The notes under the pieces: model-generated
Told to the model about the DNA's origin: nothing
Database searches by the model: none
The model's input: only the letters and a program-made list of their open reading frames with translations
Part shown: positions 10,193 to 24,700 of the stretch, in pieces
Numbering within the stretch: the first letter of the stretch is position 1
Layout of the letters: the number at the start of each line of letters is the position of its first letter
Origin: Phallusia mammillata
Taxonomy: Eukaryota
Reading direction: 5' to 3'
Length of the DNA stretch: 64,000 bases
NCBI GenBank assembly: GCA_965637545.1
Contig: OZ281497.1
Coordinates: forward strand, 17,670,001-17,734,000
Translations under genes and position numbers: made by a program

Positions 10193-13100
10193 ATGGCCGA
10201 GACGGCATCTTTGTATGGAAGCAACCTCGGTCTTAACGGGTGTGGATCATTGGACATTGGAAACAACGTAAGCTGTAGGAACAACTCCTGCTCGGTTTTG
10301 CACCCGCTCGAATTCAACGAATCGCCAGTCGACAAGAAGCCGTCTGTGGGTGATACGCCAAGCGGCGGAGGTGTGCAGATGATTCAGCTTGACACGGTCC
10401 GTTCGCGAAAGGCCGAACAACCTAACATGAACAGTTGCTACAGTTTTCGAGGTGCAACTTTTCCGTTCGGGACGTCAATGCCTGATGGATCTTTTGACGG
10501 TAGTTTAGCGGGTCTTCCAGACAATGAGTCCTCATCCCAAGTTCATCACAGTGGCAAGGCGTGGGAGTCAGCTCACAAGTTTGAGTCTATGTCTCGACAA
10601 AGCTCTTGCAGCGGTTTTTCAGACCCTGGAGCCGACCTCAGCACGAACGGGCCACCCATCAGCGGCCCGTACGTATCGCACCAGCAGTCGGGGGCACCCT
10701 TCCCGTCAATGTTCGCCAGTTCCTGTCAGTTTGAAACGCAGCCTACCAAAGCTTACGAACCGAACATTCAACCGCTAGGGACAAGTCGGGATCCTCGTAA
10801 TGTAATTCACACCAACTTCATGTACGGCGATCGACAAGTTGCATTGGGCTCCGATTATCGCATTCTTGAATCCTCACCAGATGGTGCGCTTTCTTCGTTG
10901 TCAAAGCAAGCAGATTTTGACTGGAACATGCGGCGAAACAGTTTGCATTCAGTATCATCCGGACGTTCAAACTCTAGTTCTGGCCTAACGCCGAACGGCC
11001 GTTTGCCATCGCCAGATCAAGACCAATCGGTGCTACAACAAATGTACCAATTCCCCGATCAGTGTGCGCAAGAGCCCAGTCTTTCGCCCCTGTTAGAATG
11101 TATTACAAGCATACAGGACGTGCCGACCAGTCATAGCGTCGATAGCAACCAGATTCCTAGTCCTGTGGACGGTCTGCAGTGCAGCATGAAGGAGCGAGAC
11201 TTTTTTGGCAAATCTAACGTGTTTTGTTGGGACAATTTGGGTCCGAACTACAGCGATCAGAAATCCGTTACATTTACAAGCCTGGCTGACATTAGTCGGT
11301 CCGAATACGTGAACATGGAAACCTCATCGCAGGCCGAGGACTCCTATAATGTTTACGGCAACATTCGTGATCAAAACTTCATGGGGGTGAATGAACAACA
11401 TAGCGTTGGCGCACAAACTCAGTTGACTACGGACGGAAGCATGACGTGCATCGGCAGCCAAGACGACGGTAGTTTCTCCAGTAGCCTGGCCTCTAAGTTG
11501 CCGTTACTGCTGTACGTCGGTGGCGTGGGCGAATCTAACGATGAACAGTCATTTTCCGGTTTCCAAACGCAATATGGCTCAAGCGGCGCGTCAGCACCAA
11601 ATTCTGCACCCGTAAAATCTGAGACTTTCGATACACATGTGTTCCCAGATAGCAGAATTTCCTTCCCAAACGAAAGCAGGTCTGTTCCCATTGCTTCGTC
11701 CTCGTACAAAGGGCATAGCCACTTGCAAGATGAAGAAGACAGCCGATCGCCAATAGACGAGAGCGAGGGTTTGGGCGATGCCAAGGGCAACCAATTGGTG
11801 CCGGTGCGCTCCAATGAGGACGAGGATGGCAGCAGTCGGCCGCCATATTCCTATTCGGCGTTGATCGCCCTTGCCATACAAAGCAACCCGCGGAAGCGCA
11901 TGACTCTACGGCAAATCTACCACTACGTCACCACGTACTTTCCGTTTTACAAAAACAGCAAAGCAGGGTGGCGCAACTCGATTCGACACAACCTCTCACT
12001 CAACGACTGCTTTAAGAAGGTGCCACGCCACGACAGCGATCCGGGAAAGGGAAATTACTGGACTCTTGATCCTGGTAGTGAAAAGATGTTCGATAATGGA
12101 AACTTCAGGTAAATAGTTGTGCGTATTTTTTAACGTAATTCAACCCATGATTTTAATTTTCAATTGCTGAAATGATATCAGCCGCTCATGGGAGTGCTTG
12201 AAAAAATCCGACCCGAAATTCGCACAATCAGCGAAGTCAAGTTACTTTCACTTGTACAGCGCTTGTGGCATACCAATTCAGTCGTCACCACATACGCTCA
12301 ATCATCCTGCATTTCCATTGGCTTGTGTCGCGAACTGGCCAGGCAGGAAGCAGATAACGAACGGAAATGTGACGCTCATTCGAACTGTTACGGCTAGCAC
12401 GTAACCGGGTCTACAAATCCGGCTGCCGTTCGTGCGATTTACTTAGTATTCTGTGACGCATCCATCCTATTCTGTATGGCATTAAGACTGGGTTAGGGAT
12501 TAACACAATTCACTCTCCCATCAAGTGAAAGCGAGTCGACTCTACGGCTGTTAAGAGCGATGTGCCGTGTGTCTCTAAGCCTTTGTCTATGTTAACCTTA
12601 CTTGCAGTTGCACCGCACACCTATGTGGTCCGTACTGATAAAACGACGACGGATGTTGATCGTGGTTTAAACGTGCTACCCGAAAACGAAATTACGTTAC
12701 CGTTTTAATATTACCACGCCCAACATTTGTTAGTTGAATAGTGAACATATTTGAGATCGATTTATTTTCGTTTTTCTTTGGAATGCCATGATATTAGTTT
12801 GAAAACAGATTTGAGTTGCAATTAACACAAACCAAGAAAGAATGAATTTCGTCTGCAGTTGCCTTTGGTAACGACGCAAACGCTTTACAAATATTGTATT
12901 GACATGAACAGCTTCATTTAACCAAAAATTGTGTGTATGATTTTATGTACATGATTGTACTAGCTAATATTTAATGTAAAAATGAAGTCGCCTTGTTCTG
13001 CTTAGAAGCTACATTTATCAGTGTGTCTGTGCATGGTATAACTTGAAATAAACCCTTCCCTTCGTCAAAATATCGAATTATTTCACTACAAAGCCTCTGT

Positions 13101-13577
13101 TGTAGGCAACAATGACGATACAATAATATCAGCACCCCCCAGTAAGCACGACCATAACCAGTCTCGTTTCGTTACAGACGGAGGCGGCGCAGAAGGGTGG
13201 AAATACGGGAAGTGAGTTGCAACCAGCAACAGCAGCGGGCGAGCAGCAACGTGCTAACGAGTTGCCAGCAGCAAAACGTTATCAACGGCTCAGCGCTGGT
13301 AGGCGGTAACGGAATTCACCCGGTGGACGGCGAGCATCCAATGAAAAGCGAGGTAAAGCGGGAATTCCCCCCCGACCTCCTGGACGAGTCCGCCTTCGGT
13401 CCTCTGTACACCATAAACAGGGACAACAGTCCAGAAACTCCCACGAAGTACGCTCACACAGCTGCTTCGGCAACGGAACTCGAATTAGGGAGTCGTCTTT
13501 CCGGGGAGAAGGCCGACAATGGCTGCCAGGCGGCGACGTTCGATCACTTACCGTACGAAAACGGTAAAAGCGCTTGA
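10193..13577 (+). CDS. FoxI: Forkhead box I-class transcription factor, divergent paralog (exons 10193-12108, 13178-13577; 771 aa)
   Basis: Forkhead domain [31 protein letters not shown]...[27 protein letters not shown]. The KMFDNGNFR wing is FoxI-diagnostic. Phase-2 intron TTC AG|GTAAAT...TTACAG|A CGG at the position typical of FoxI genes. Confidence 0.88.
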
Positions 13578-16500
13578 AATACACTAGCGTGCAAAGCCAA
13601 TTATTAGTTTACCTCTAGCAAACACTAAATAGTTCTATTTGACATGTTCCCGAGGGTGCCCAGTGTGATTTCGAAGTCGTTCAATTGTGACCAAACCACA
13701 TTTAATGACCAAACATCCGTCGCCATAACATTTTAATCTACGTCGTTCAAACAAATCCTGTAGCAACTGCATGTGCGTCAAAAGCAGCACAAGTTGCTAG
13801 CCCTTGTACATTGTCCGTTACGTCTACATCTGACTTTTATCGCAACACAAAAATTTCGTGCTTTTCTTGTGCAATAACCAGAGTTCGGGAGGAAAATGCA
13901 AATTCTTGCAACTTTGCCTCTCAGTTTATCGAAGCCTTGTAAATACTACTCGCCCACAGGCGTTCCGTCTGATGTGTAATATTTCGTAGCAATGACATGT
14001 GGTTTTGCACAGCTTCCAACAATGTTGAGGCCGACCGTTTCTTCTCCTTGTACGCATAATCGTTTTTTAACCGCGCCTTGCAGAATATTTAAGCTTTATT
14101 TTGTGTTAGAAAAACAGCGAAGTATTATGTTTGATATAGTTTCGGGATTGTTTAGTGTCCTGTCAAATTGTTTGCGGTCGGGTTATTGTCACTAGCGGCG
14201 TGGTTGTGTTTGTGGCCTGGTGCGCGATAAAAGAATTCGTAGTTATGCCAAGTTTTGTGGGCAAGATAATTAAATTCATACCTAACTTGTAAACCAAATA
14301 CCCATTGTCACCCTGTTTATTTGTATAAAAATTGTTTCATGGTGGCTAGGCACATATGCCGTAAATCAAACGCAAAATTACTCTACTCCTTGAGAAGTGT
14401 AGTACAAAGCAAACTCGCCTGCTGTATATGTATGTGGTATGTACATGCACCGGCGCGCCAAACACAAGCAAACAATTCGCCGTGGCGCTGCATAACTGAT
14501 TACCTCTGCCACCAAGTGATCGAGCAGCGTTCGCCCATCAGCAGTGTAGTTTTAGCGCCTTCTTATTTTGTCAGCGTTTTCGACACTTACGTCCGTTTTG
14601 AAGCACTTCGTGCGGAATAATCGTGATTGGATGCATCTTTTACAGTGTTACCGCTTGTACAGCTGTATATATAGATTAAAATTGTCGTTGCTCCCCGCCT
14701 TTTAGATAATTCTTATATTTTGATGCGTTGTTGAACAAGTCGCACTCTCTTTTTTCACATTTTTTTTCTTTTACCGACAAACATGTCGCCGCTTACATGG
14801 ATGCTAATCACTTTGCCGATGATCAAAGTTCCCCAAAATATATACATACTTATATATACGATTATACTCTACGCTTGTTTCCTGGGACGCGTTTTGGTTT
14901 CGCACGTTCAATAAAGAATCGACACAACATCACCGTCTTGATATTTGCAGGAAAGAATAAAATATTTCTGTCTGGAAGGCACAGCAGACTTTAAAGGTCA
15001 ACAATTAGAAAAAAACAGACAGAGCGTTTAGAAGAGTCATTCAAAATTTCGCTGTCGTTTTTCAGACGGAAAACGCTCAATGTCTGATATGTTGTTTTAA
15101 TACTGGAACGATACATAGTCTTTACTATCGCAGAGCAGCTGGTAATGACATTTGTAAGTAAAACGAATTCGAAGATAGTGCCACTATGAAGAACAATCTG
15201 TTAGTACTGGAAAACCGGTTACTATGGCTACGCTTACCGGCAAAAATAACATCGACCCGTGTGGGGAACATCGCTATCAGGCCGGGATTTCCTGCCTGAT
15301 ATTCCTACGCACCGCAGGTAATGAACATTCCCATATAGATGAGCCGTTTTGGGAACAAAGCGCGTCTAAGAATGACGTAACGGCTGCCCGCAATGCGTTT
15401 GGGGTTTCGAGGCAGCGCCGGACGGGCGTAAGGGAAATGAGATATCGTGTTTGCTGGAGCGGAACCACACGGGTAGCTACGAGGTATCGTCATCACACAC
15501 GTCATTTCTATATTGTTAGAATCGAACACATACACTGCGTAAGATACATCAAGCCGGTAAATTTTCCCGGCAAATGCAGCGTTTTAAGTGCGAGATGTAA
15601 TTGGGTGTAAATGGTGAATGGGCGACACGCGCTGAAGCTTTGATCTCGGCGGCAAGCTTTGATAGCGAGCGCATCTCTAATCACTTGCCTAAATAACAAG
15701 TAGCGGTTAATTGAATGGGATCAAAGCGGGTGAGTATTTTAGGGGTGAATTTATGTAGCTTTTAATCGGAAGAAAAACTTTCCCTATTTAATTTGCAGCG
15801 TGGGAAAGTCAACCTGCGGCTAGCATAGGGAAAACGACCCTCGATAAAAAACGATTTTTACACAAACAGCAAAAGTCTATAAACCACACCCAAAAAAATT
15901 ACTTTCTCTGTGCGTACTGATGTGTTACCAAACGAATTTTTAACCGGCATACAAAAATGCTATAAAAATATTCAATATATCCGCAAGGTGGCATCAGAGG
16001 ACAAACATGTTCCATAGACACAGATACACTGTCCAAAGGCAGCTCTGGGCAACCTAAACCAATATCTGTCAGCTAAAATCATACGGGACAGAGTTTGGGT
16101 GTGTTGGGGTCGCTTCAACAGAAAAAAACGCATGTGGCGTAATTACAAGGAGTCATCGGTAACGAAAAATTACTTTCGTAAAAATGTCAAAGCACATATT
16201 GTTTTAAAAAGGTAAACTTGAAGAGCTTGAGACTTTTTCTGTGCACAAGTCTTCATGTCAAAGTGCGTGAAGCTATAGCTATGACTGTTGGCTGGTCTCG
16301 TGGTTGGTTCGGGGGTATCAGGTGTCTTTACGAGTATCGCGGTTGCGGCGAGAAAGGTGGCTGCTTCGCCAAACCCGAGTGGAAAGAAAGGGTACCAGGG
16401 AGCGCAATTTAATAAACAGCGTTTTCGTGGCAGTCGGAGATGAAATGCGAGCGAAGTTGGCAAGCAAGTAATTCAGCAATTCGTACAGGTTTCATTTCAT

Positions 16501-16596
16501 ATGTTTACTGACGGGATATCTATAATTTTGTTATTCAGAAAACGAATACAGGAATCATAGGCAAAAATTAGAATAGTGCAATTAGTGCATAAAATA

Positions 16597-19500
16597 ATGG
16601 TGTTGGTCGACCGGCATATTAGCCAAGTGACAGCCGCGATGAACTCGACGTTTCCACCGACGCCAGGCCATGCGCCTACAGCGCAGGATATGATGGATAT
16701 GCCATCGATGTACGAAAACTTATACCAGGCTGGGAACGTGCACATGACCGGGTCTCGACCGTCGCACGCCGGCCATTATCCGCTCGAATACTCGAACGGC
16801 GCCCCGACAAACCCGTACCTTTGGGCAGCCACTAACCCTTATAACTCTTCCTATATGCAAGGCTATGGCAGCTCACACCACCACGCTGCGGCTGTAGCTG
16901 CAGCAGGACAACGGCAACTATTTGGTCATCATCCACCTCCTCACCATACATCAGGATTTGGGTGCGATTTTCCGTGGCTTTCCTTATCAAGTCAGACCGA
17001 GCTTTTTAAGATGGTACGGCCGCCTTACTCCTATTCCGCATTGATCGCCATGTCAATCCAAAACTCTAAGGAAAAGAAACTGACTCTATCCGGAATCTAC
17101 AATTACGTAGCCGAAAACTTTCCGTTTTACAAACGAAGTCGCGCGGGTTGGCAAAACTCAATTCGTCACAACTTGTCGCTAAACGACTGCTTCAAGAAGG
17201 TGGCGAGGGACGAGGACGACCCCGGCAAGGGCAACTACTGGGCGCTTGATCCTAACTGTGAAAAGATGTTCGACAACGGAAATTTCAGGTATACATTAAA
17301 TCACAAATGGTAACATAATTTTTGCCAAAAATACCAACCAATCTTGCATACTATACGTATGGTTGTGTTTAAATTAAATTTAACAAAACGATCGCCAACT
17401 GAAACCGCCGCGCTTGGATATGGATCCTCGTGATGGGAATAATATTATTGTCGCCATTTTGTCGTCTCTCTCATGGGATGGCGATATCGATACACGATAG
17501 CTCTTGTTAATCCAAATGTCACTTTTACGCCGCATTACGGAGATTCGCAGGCCTTTGGCATCAGTGCGGATCTTTGTCTTAAAAATAAATATAAGCCAAG
17601 CACGACATAGCAAGGTGACGTATAGTGTGACGTAAATGCGCGGCAAACTCGGAATTCCTCCGCGCCGCAAATCGCCCGATCGCGCGCTCGATAAACAAAA
17701 TCGCCAAACTCAGGAAATTTAAACGTAAACAATTTACCAGCGAGGTAAGAGGATTAGATCTCGGCAGCGCCGCGATCGCACCTTATCTCGAAGTCCATCG
17801 AAAAGTCTTATGGGCGCTAATATTTAGCAAAAGAATGACAAGCGCCAAGTTGGTGACGCGATAGGAATCAGCATCTTCGAGTTATTTGGGTTTAATTACG
17901 GTGTTCGATGAATTGCGGCTCTATGGACGCGCACACAGGTACGCTATCCGCCGGTATGAAACTATTATGGTCTTGTAATGTATATCTGCACAACACCGTT
18001 TTTATCGAAAACATGCCCATCGCGTTAAATACCGGCGTTAGCGGTTGGATTTGTGGTAAAACAATGGCGTTCTTGCTTCACAACGTGTATTTGATAATTA
18101 AACCGTATGTTGTTGATGTTATGATCTCGACAACGTGTTAAACTACCTACATCAGCGTTAACACTGCAAATATCGCTGTCAGCTCTGAAAACGTGTAATT
18201 TTGTAAAGTCAAAATAATAAAACAACTTTAACAGGACCCTCAAAATTTGAAATAAGGAAAATCTGCGGCAACAAGTGAAACACTGTGTAAACGTTTACCA
18301 ACATTTAAACCACACGATTCGTTAAACTTATAAACCGACGCTTATCATGTCATTGCTTTTAAAGCGGTTTTGATAGAATCAAGTCTTAGTTGGTACCAAA
18401 CAAAAGCGATTGTGCTACTAGGCAACAAAGCACAGGAAGGGCGTTTGTAATGCAAGTCGGCGTTGATTTAGCGGTCGCAGGCGCAGGTTAAAGGCGACTG
18501 GCGACAGTTAAGGCAAGAAAACAATTGTGACATGTGATACACCGGCACGGACAGTATATGGGATTTCTTGCAACCAGTTTCAGGTGCGCAGAAAACAAAA
18601 CAGTTAAAACTTTTTGACAGCACGGAGCGACCGCTACAAACAAACAAGGGATAATTTTACGTGCGCATTGTTGCGGAGCATTAACACATTTATACCAAGG
18701 GCAGCTACTCAAATGACAGTTGGAAACAGTGGTACACATTGCAATCTGTTGCTATAAATTGTCCCAAACAAGGTCGTTACGGCTTGCTCCCACATAACTA
18801 CAAGGCTTTGAACTAAAACGTAAATTTGCGGCGGATTTCGGCTTTAGTAGCCTGTTTGCCCAACAGATAAATCTCCAATTGGTTTCGTGCTAATCAAACC
18901 TCATTCAAATTGCCGATGGGTAATTTAATCAAAACGTTGCGCCGTATACAGCTATAAAGGCTGGCATCCAGCACGTACAAAAAGTCGCAGCATCCTAGGA
19001 CTGTAAGAACCCCAAATTAAGCGACGGGCGAAGATTAGACGCATAGTTTTCGCGCTTGGTCGGCTTTCAATTAGGGTTAGTCATCGAATTTTGTCCCAGG
19101 TTCAACCAGACTCTTGTAGCGTCTGTGCGAGTCTCAGTGGAATTCAGATTGGCGACAATTTCATACGATGGTACTTGCCGTCGTATCATTCACCGTCGCC
19201 CAGCGTATCGCAATAGCAAATCGTCCCGTGAAGGACAGGTGTCGGCCGGCCCAAGTCGCGTTTGTTGCTTCCGCTTTTCCCACGTTCAAACTCGTCCTGG
19301 CCGCAAATCTCAAAACACCCCAGACTCCCAAATCCTGATACGAAGTCGCGGTTGTTTTGAAACGCCCCCAGACGAGCCGTGGTTATCCTTGACCCACGTT
19401 GGCTGTATTTGATCCAGCGCAAAACCAGTGACAATGAACAGATTGCCCTTTACAGGTTGGCCAAAACGTGGGAACAAAACCTAAAATGATCGCTCCAAAT

Positions 19501-21609
19501 AATAATAAAATATGGTTCATGTCACGTGTACCCTCAAAATAGGTCAAAGTTTGATACTTGAAATTTACGTAACGAGAGTGTAAATAGCCTGCTTTTTTGG
19601 CTGTAACTGTTGATTCCAAACCGACCATGACATACAAAACAATTTACAGCGCCGGTTCAGGCATCTCAACACCACATAAAAGCACTGGTATAAATGTAGT
19701 TTCAAAGGAAAGCCGTGGTTTCATGCAAGAGCGGAGCGTTCCACATGGCAGAGCATAGCTGCAATCTGGCGTTGATGGTCGACAGAGCAATGCTTTCGCG
19801 GCTCGACCATCATCGGGTATAGTTTCAATTGTTCGAAAACACCGTACAACGCATAAACGCATAAATGGGCACTAATAGGCTCGATATATTGGGACAACTG
19901 CCACTTCACTATACGTCGATCATACAAGCCAAAATAGAATCGGATGTTGATGCCAAATACTAGCGTTTATCATCTTTCGCGTGCATTTGACGTTGAAGGT
20001 ACCAGGGAAACAAAAAATAGTTCGTTTTTGCTTCACTTGGATAAACTGTGATACTGATTAACGAGCGTTTGGCGCTTGATTGCAAAACAATGCATGATTA
20101 ACGACGCACGTTGCGAACTGGCTGTGGGACGCACTGTTATCAATGCAAATATAGGCAACCGAGACCTGACATTTGCAACAAGTAGCAGACAGTTTATAAT
20201 CGCTGGCCATCTTCAATTGCATCGTTATCTGGCGCTGATGAACAGTTTGCCCCACAGGTCGCTTACACCGGGCAGAAACGGGCATTTGAATACAGCTTAA
20301 GCGAACGGCTACGCCGCTGTTGGGGCAATAAACTATCAAGCTAAGCACGGATTATCGCACATCGCTGGCGCGCAGACTCCGAAGATTCCACCACCGTCGT
20401 TCAGTGATACTAAGCGTGAACTTTGCTCCGCGGCGACTTTGCGCGAACCTGCTGCGATGGCGTGTCGCGATAAGGCTGTTGGCGTAAACATTGCAGTTAT
20501 GAAAGTCGGTTGATAATAATTAGGCTCGGCCTTGGCCCGTCACTCAGGCCAACCTCGGCGGATTTTGCTGCCGCTTCGGCACCACTGATTTACAAGCGCT
20601 CCGACGTTTATCTGGCTCCTAACCTCTACCTTGTACTGTTTATATTCTGACTAATTATTTTAACGCTCGTTTACTTATTGGTGACAGTAATGAACAAGAA
20701 GTTCGCGGTAATAATTTGAGTGTGGTGCTCGACGTGGTTCAGATATATTCAATCACACTTAGCTATTACGACTTAAATTATCTTCTTTTATAGCGTTCTT
20801 ATCCTTTAGTAAATGAATGTTTGGTTTTTAGGCGAAGACGTAAGCGTCGGGATATTCAAGCCGAAAGCAAATCCGACCGACCGGAAGACTTCAATTTGCC
20901 TAAGATCCCTCACTGTTACTCGACAGCAGCCTCATTCGCGGCATCCTCGCTTTCCCACAAATTTACCACGTCACCAGATACAATGAGTTATGGGAGCGAC
21001 GTACAGCAGCAAAGGAGAGAAGACAGCGGGAGCTTGCAACACCATCAGGCACAAATGTCTTCGCCCATCCTCGGTTCGGCGATGTCTGCTGCAACGGACC
21101 AGTCCAACGGAGTGCCTCAAAACGCCGAAATGCCTCTCCATGAACAGCAAGCTCTCACTTCGCCTCATGCTCAAAACAGCTCGCATTCGGACGGTTCAAG
21201 CGTGGACATGATGTCGCAAGAAATCAAACAACAACAGCAATACCAGAGCGCTACTTCACAGGCACAGCAGATAACCCCGACCTCACCAAACGGTGTGGGT
21301 AGCAGTAGCCTCAGCGCAGCCGTGGCGGCCAGCATCCTTCCCGAGTTCCGGCCGCCTGCCAGTCAGTCGCAGCTGGAAGTTGCCCGATACGCCAATTTCG
21401 CACACAGTTCCTCATCTGCTTTGAGTCACCAGAGCGCTGCCCAGTATCCCGGACATTACGCCCTAGGGCATACGTTTCCCGCCTCATCTGGACCCTTCAG
21501 TGGACAATCCAATCAGTACTCGCCCCATCTTACCCCGCCGCAAAGCGCCCAACGCCAATTCAATTTCAGTGTGAATAACTTAATCCAACGCCCATACACC
21601 AGGATGTGA
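16597..21609 (+). CDS. FoxI: Forkhead box I transcription factor (exons 16597 or 16639-17288, 20832-21609; about 475-489 aa)
   Basis: [42 protein letters not shown]...[20 protein letters not shown]. Phase-2 intron AG|GTATAC...TTTTAG|G. C-terminal eh1-like FSVNNLI. Start codon ambiguous between two in-frame ATGs. Confidence 0.93.
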
Positions 21610-21702
21610 TACCACTCACGAGGGTGCTCAACTGTTCAAATGCCACCGTTTCCCATTCCGCCATACTAACGGAAACGCGAAACATTCTCCCGTGACGCTC
21701 CG

Positions 21703-21708
21703 AATAAA
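21703..21708 (+). terminator. Candidate polyadenylation signal of the second FoxI gene
   Basis: AATAAA 94 nt after the TGA ending at 21609. Confidence 0.5.
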
Positions 21709-24700
21709 TTAGCGGCTTGGGCGAGGATACGCGTGGACAGGAAATGACGTCATTGTGCAATGTCAACCAGAAATGTTCAAAAATATCCATGTTAACCGAT
21801 TACCGTATAAATGTTAAAAATGCAACCTATTTAAAGCAGTATGAACAAGTTTCTCGGTACTCGACTGTGGCAACCGCAAATCAATCGAGCAAGAGACAAC
21901 AGATCCATCCACGCTACGGTTTATTAACACTATTTCCGGAGTTACGGGGCGCAACCAATTAGTCGCTCGGATGACTGGACGTGATTTTGAACTCGTTCTT
22001 CCATGCGACCTAAACCAAAGGCCCATCTCTAAGAGTCCACGCGATGTGCAAGTAAAGCGAAATGATAAACTATTTCAAAAATGTTTCGTGTATTTTACCT
22101 TAATTCCATGTTCGATTTTATATGTCTGTACATGTAAATACAAATACTGTTCCGTTAAACAATGTAGCTTATTTTTGGTTTTCTCCTGTGGCACATAAAA
22201 TTTTTGATAGCAACTGTATTGTCGTCAAAAACGCTGCATCTGCCACAGCTGCTGTCGTTTCAAGGAAGAGTGGCCAATCGAAATTTTAGTGTCAACTTAC
22301 AGTTTCGCAAAAAGGATTTTACAATTTACCTTGGACCAGGCTCCATAGTTTTTAGTGCCTTAACGGCACTAAGAGCAGCAGTCTGAAACTTAAGATTGGA
22401 ACAAGTTATTATTTAGCTCAAGACTCGCAACTGGCAAGACAGGGTTACCCCGAGGTTTTCCGCTTTGTGACGAAGGCGAAATATAAATTACGATATATGA
22501 AGCCGTCTCGAGTAGGAACAGAACATAAGCGCGCAATCAATTGAAGTCTGTCACCTTGCCGGGTAGGTGAACATCGGTCGTTACTGGACCCAAGGTGTTG
22601 AGTACGCCCCCGCCGCATGCTTCCCAGCATGGCTCGAGTTGCACGAACAAGCAGGAAACGAACAACCAAGGTGAAATCGTTAACGCCGAGTCGATGATGT
22701 TGCTGCATAAACTTCGTACTTTTGCTTTGGGTCATTGGACGATGTGGCGGCTGTTGACAAGGGCCTCCACACTAAGGTGTCGCATTGCGTCGTACGTTTA
22801 ATATCGACCGCAACGGACCAAGGTTGACAGCAGGCGATATAGAGGCAGAAGGGGGTCGGAGGGTCAGGACTTTATACTGAGTTGCGAATGCCACACCCAG
22901 CCAATAAGCGATATTCGGTTGCAAAGTTGAAGTGGTGGCGCCATGAGAACATGTAATAAGGTGACGTAATGTAGTAAAAGCACACACGATGGAATCAAGT
23001 CTGTTGGTTAATAACATGCTCCTATTTTTCAGTATTTTTCAAAACGTGATTTTGACGAAGAATTTCAAGGAAGATTTTTTTACAACAATTTTTCAATACG
23101 ATTTGTTTCACTTCGTTAGGTAGATAAATTGGGTGTTTTCGAAATTTAACACGGGTCCCAGGTAAAATTCTTTCCAACTTTAGCCGTGTAACGAATCATA
23201 ATCTTTCAATAAGCTTAAACGGGTAATGGACTGTAAGGTATTTCTCCTAGGGTAGTTTGGTTCACTAAAGTAGCAAAATAGAGTTCTAACTTTTCACGGA
23301 AACTTCCCTGGGAAGAAACAACAAAAGCTGGCAACGCACTTTGTGGTTTTCTTTTTTGAGATCGCTATCAGGGTTGGTTGGTTAGACCTACTTTGTGCAA
23401 ATCATAGAATATAAATTTATAAACCACTTGTTACTGTTTTTCGAAATCGTTGGTTGTGAGGATCCTACTTTCAGCAATTCATAGAATACAAATTTATCAA
23501 CCACACAATATTAGAACGCTACATCTGTCAATCACACACTCAAAACGTTTACTGCACGTCTACAACCAAAACGTTTTTTGATCTTCTCACCAGCAGCAGC
23601 ATGTTACACGGGTCGCGTGTTGACGACAGAAAATCCTGTTTGTTGTCACACGGCACGCAAAATTGAGCTTGCAATACGGCGAGACGTTGCATCAACAGCG
23701 AGTACCAAAAACTGCCACAGGTTTAAGGAAATCTATAACAACTTGTTTGCGGCAGAAAACACCTTCCCGTTATTCTAACGATCGATTCTAAAAGCGGCCA
23801 GTGTGAGTCACTTGACTTGTACCAACAGCAACATAAGTTATATTAGTCAACTTACACGAAGAAAGAAAACATTTTACTTATTATATGTTGGTAGATGCAA
23901 GTTATCACGTCTGATGAACATTTTCTGGAAACCAAACCTTAGGGGATATACTGCTCGGTTTGAAAACGCCATCAATCGTCATTTATCATCAGCATGATAT
24001 GTCGTACCGATGACGTTTTACGATAAAATGGCAAAGGACATTATTATACAAGTTTTATACAATGAGACGTTAAATTAACACAAACCAGCCAACGAAAGTT
24101 ATCATAAGAGCGAAACTATGTTGAAAATAAGAAAGACATTTATACACTTGTAATGTTTTCGTCACAAACGAGTAGGCTATATTTGTTAATTATATTATCC
24201 CCATAGCAATAAAGGTATATTTAGGTTACTGGTATATGAGTATAATAAGCGAATTTGAACCAACAAACCGTATTTTGCTGGACATAACAACAAAGAATAG
24301 CAGAAGTTTAATGATACATTTTTTCTGATTTGACTGTTTTGCGGTGAGCGGCATGAGGAAGCATCTTGTCGAAATTTGGCACGGATGCTTGCGACTGTTT
24401 ATTGATCGTCGCCGTAAAAGCGAAAACGTGTTGCTGTCCGCGCCGAAGAAAAATAAACTGCCCGGGCGAAAACAAAACAATGTATGATGGACGTTTCGAC
24501 TGCTCAACGTTGTCAGCAACTTTCTCGTACCCGTATGAGATGGGGAGATAGGAAAGGGCCAACATACGCTTATCCCTGAGGAACAAGGGCGACGCGTGCT
24601 TCACGTCAAGGCGACGACACAAAACAAGGTTTTCATATCGATTATAATATAATTATCGTTTCGTCAATATTCATGTGGGGGTTAACAACCTTATTAATGA

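Noticed and set aside
17289-17313. FoxI exon-1 ORFs running into the intron ([25 protein letters not shown]) as real C-termini
   Set aside because: Each has a GT donor at the conserved FoxI intron position and a downstream in-phase exon with the NLS; short run-on to a stop is expected by chance.
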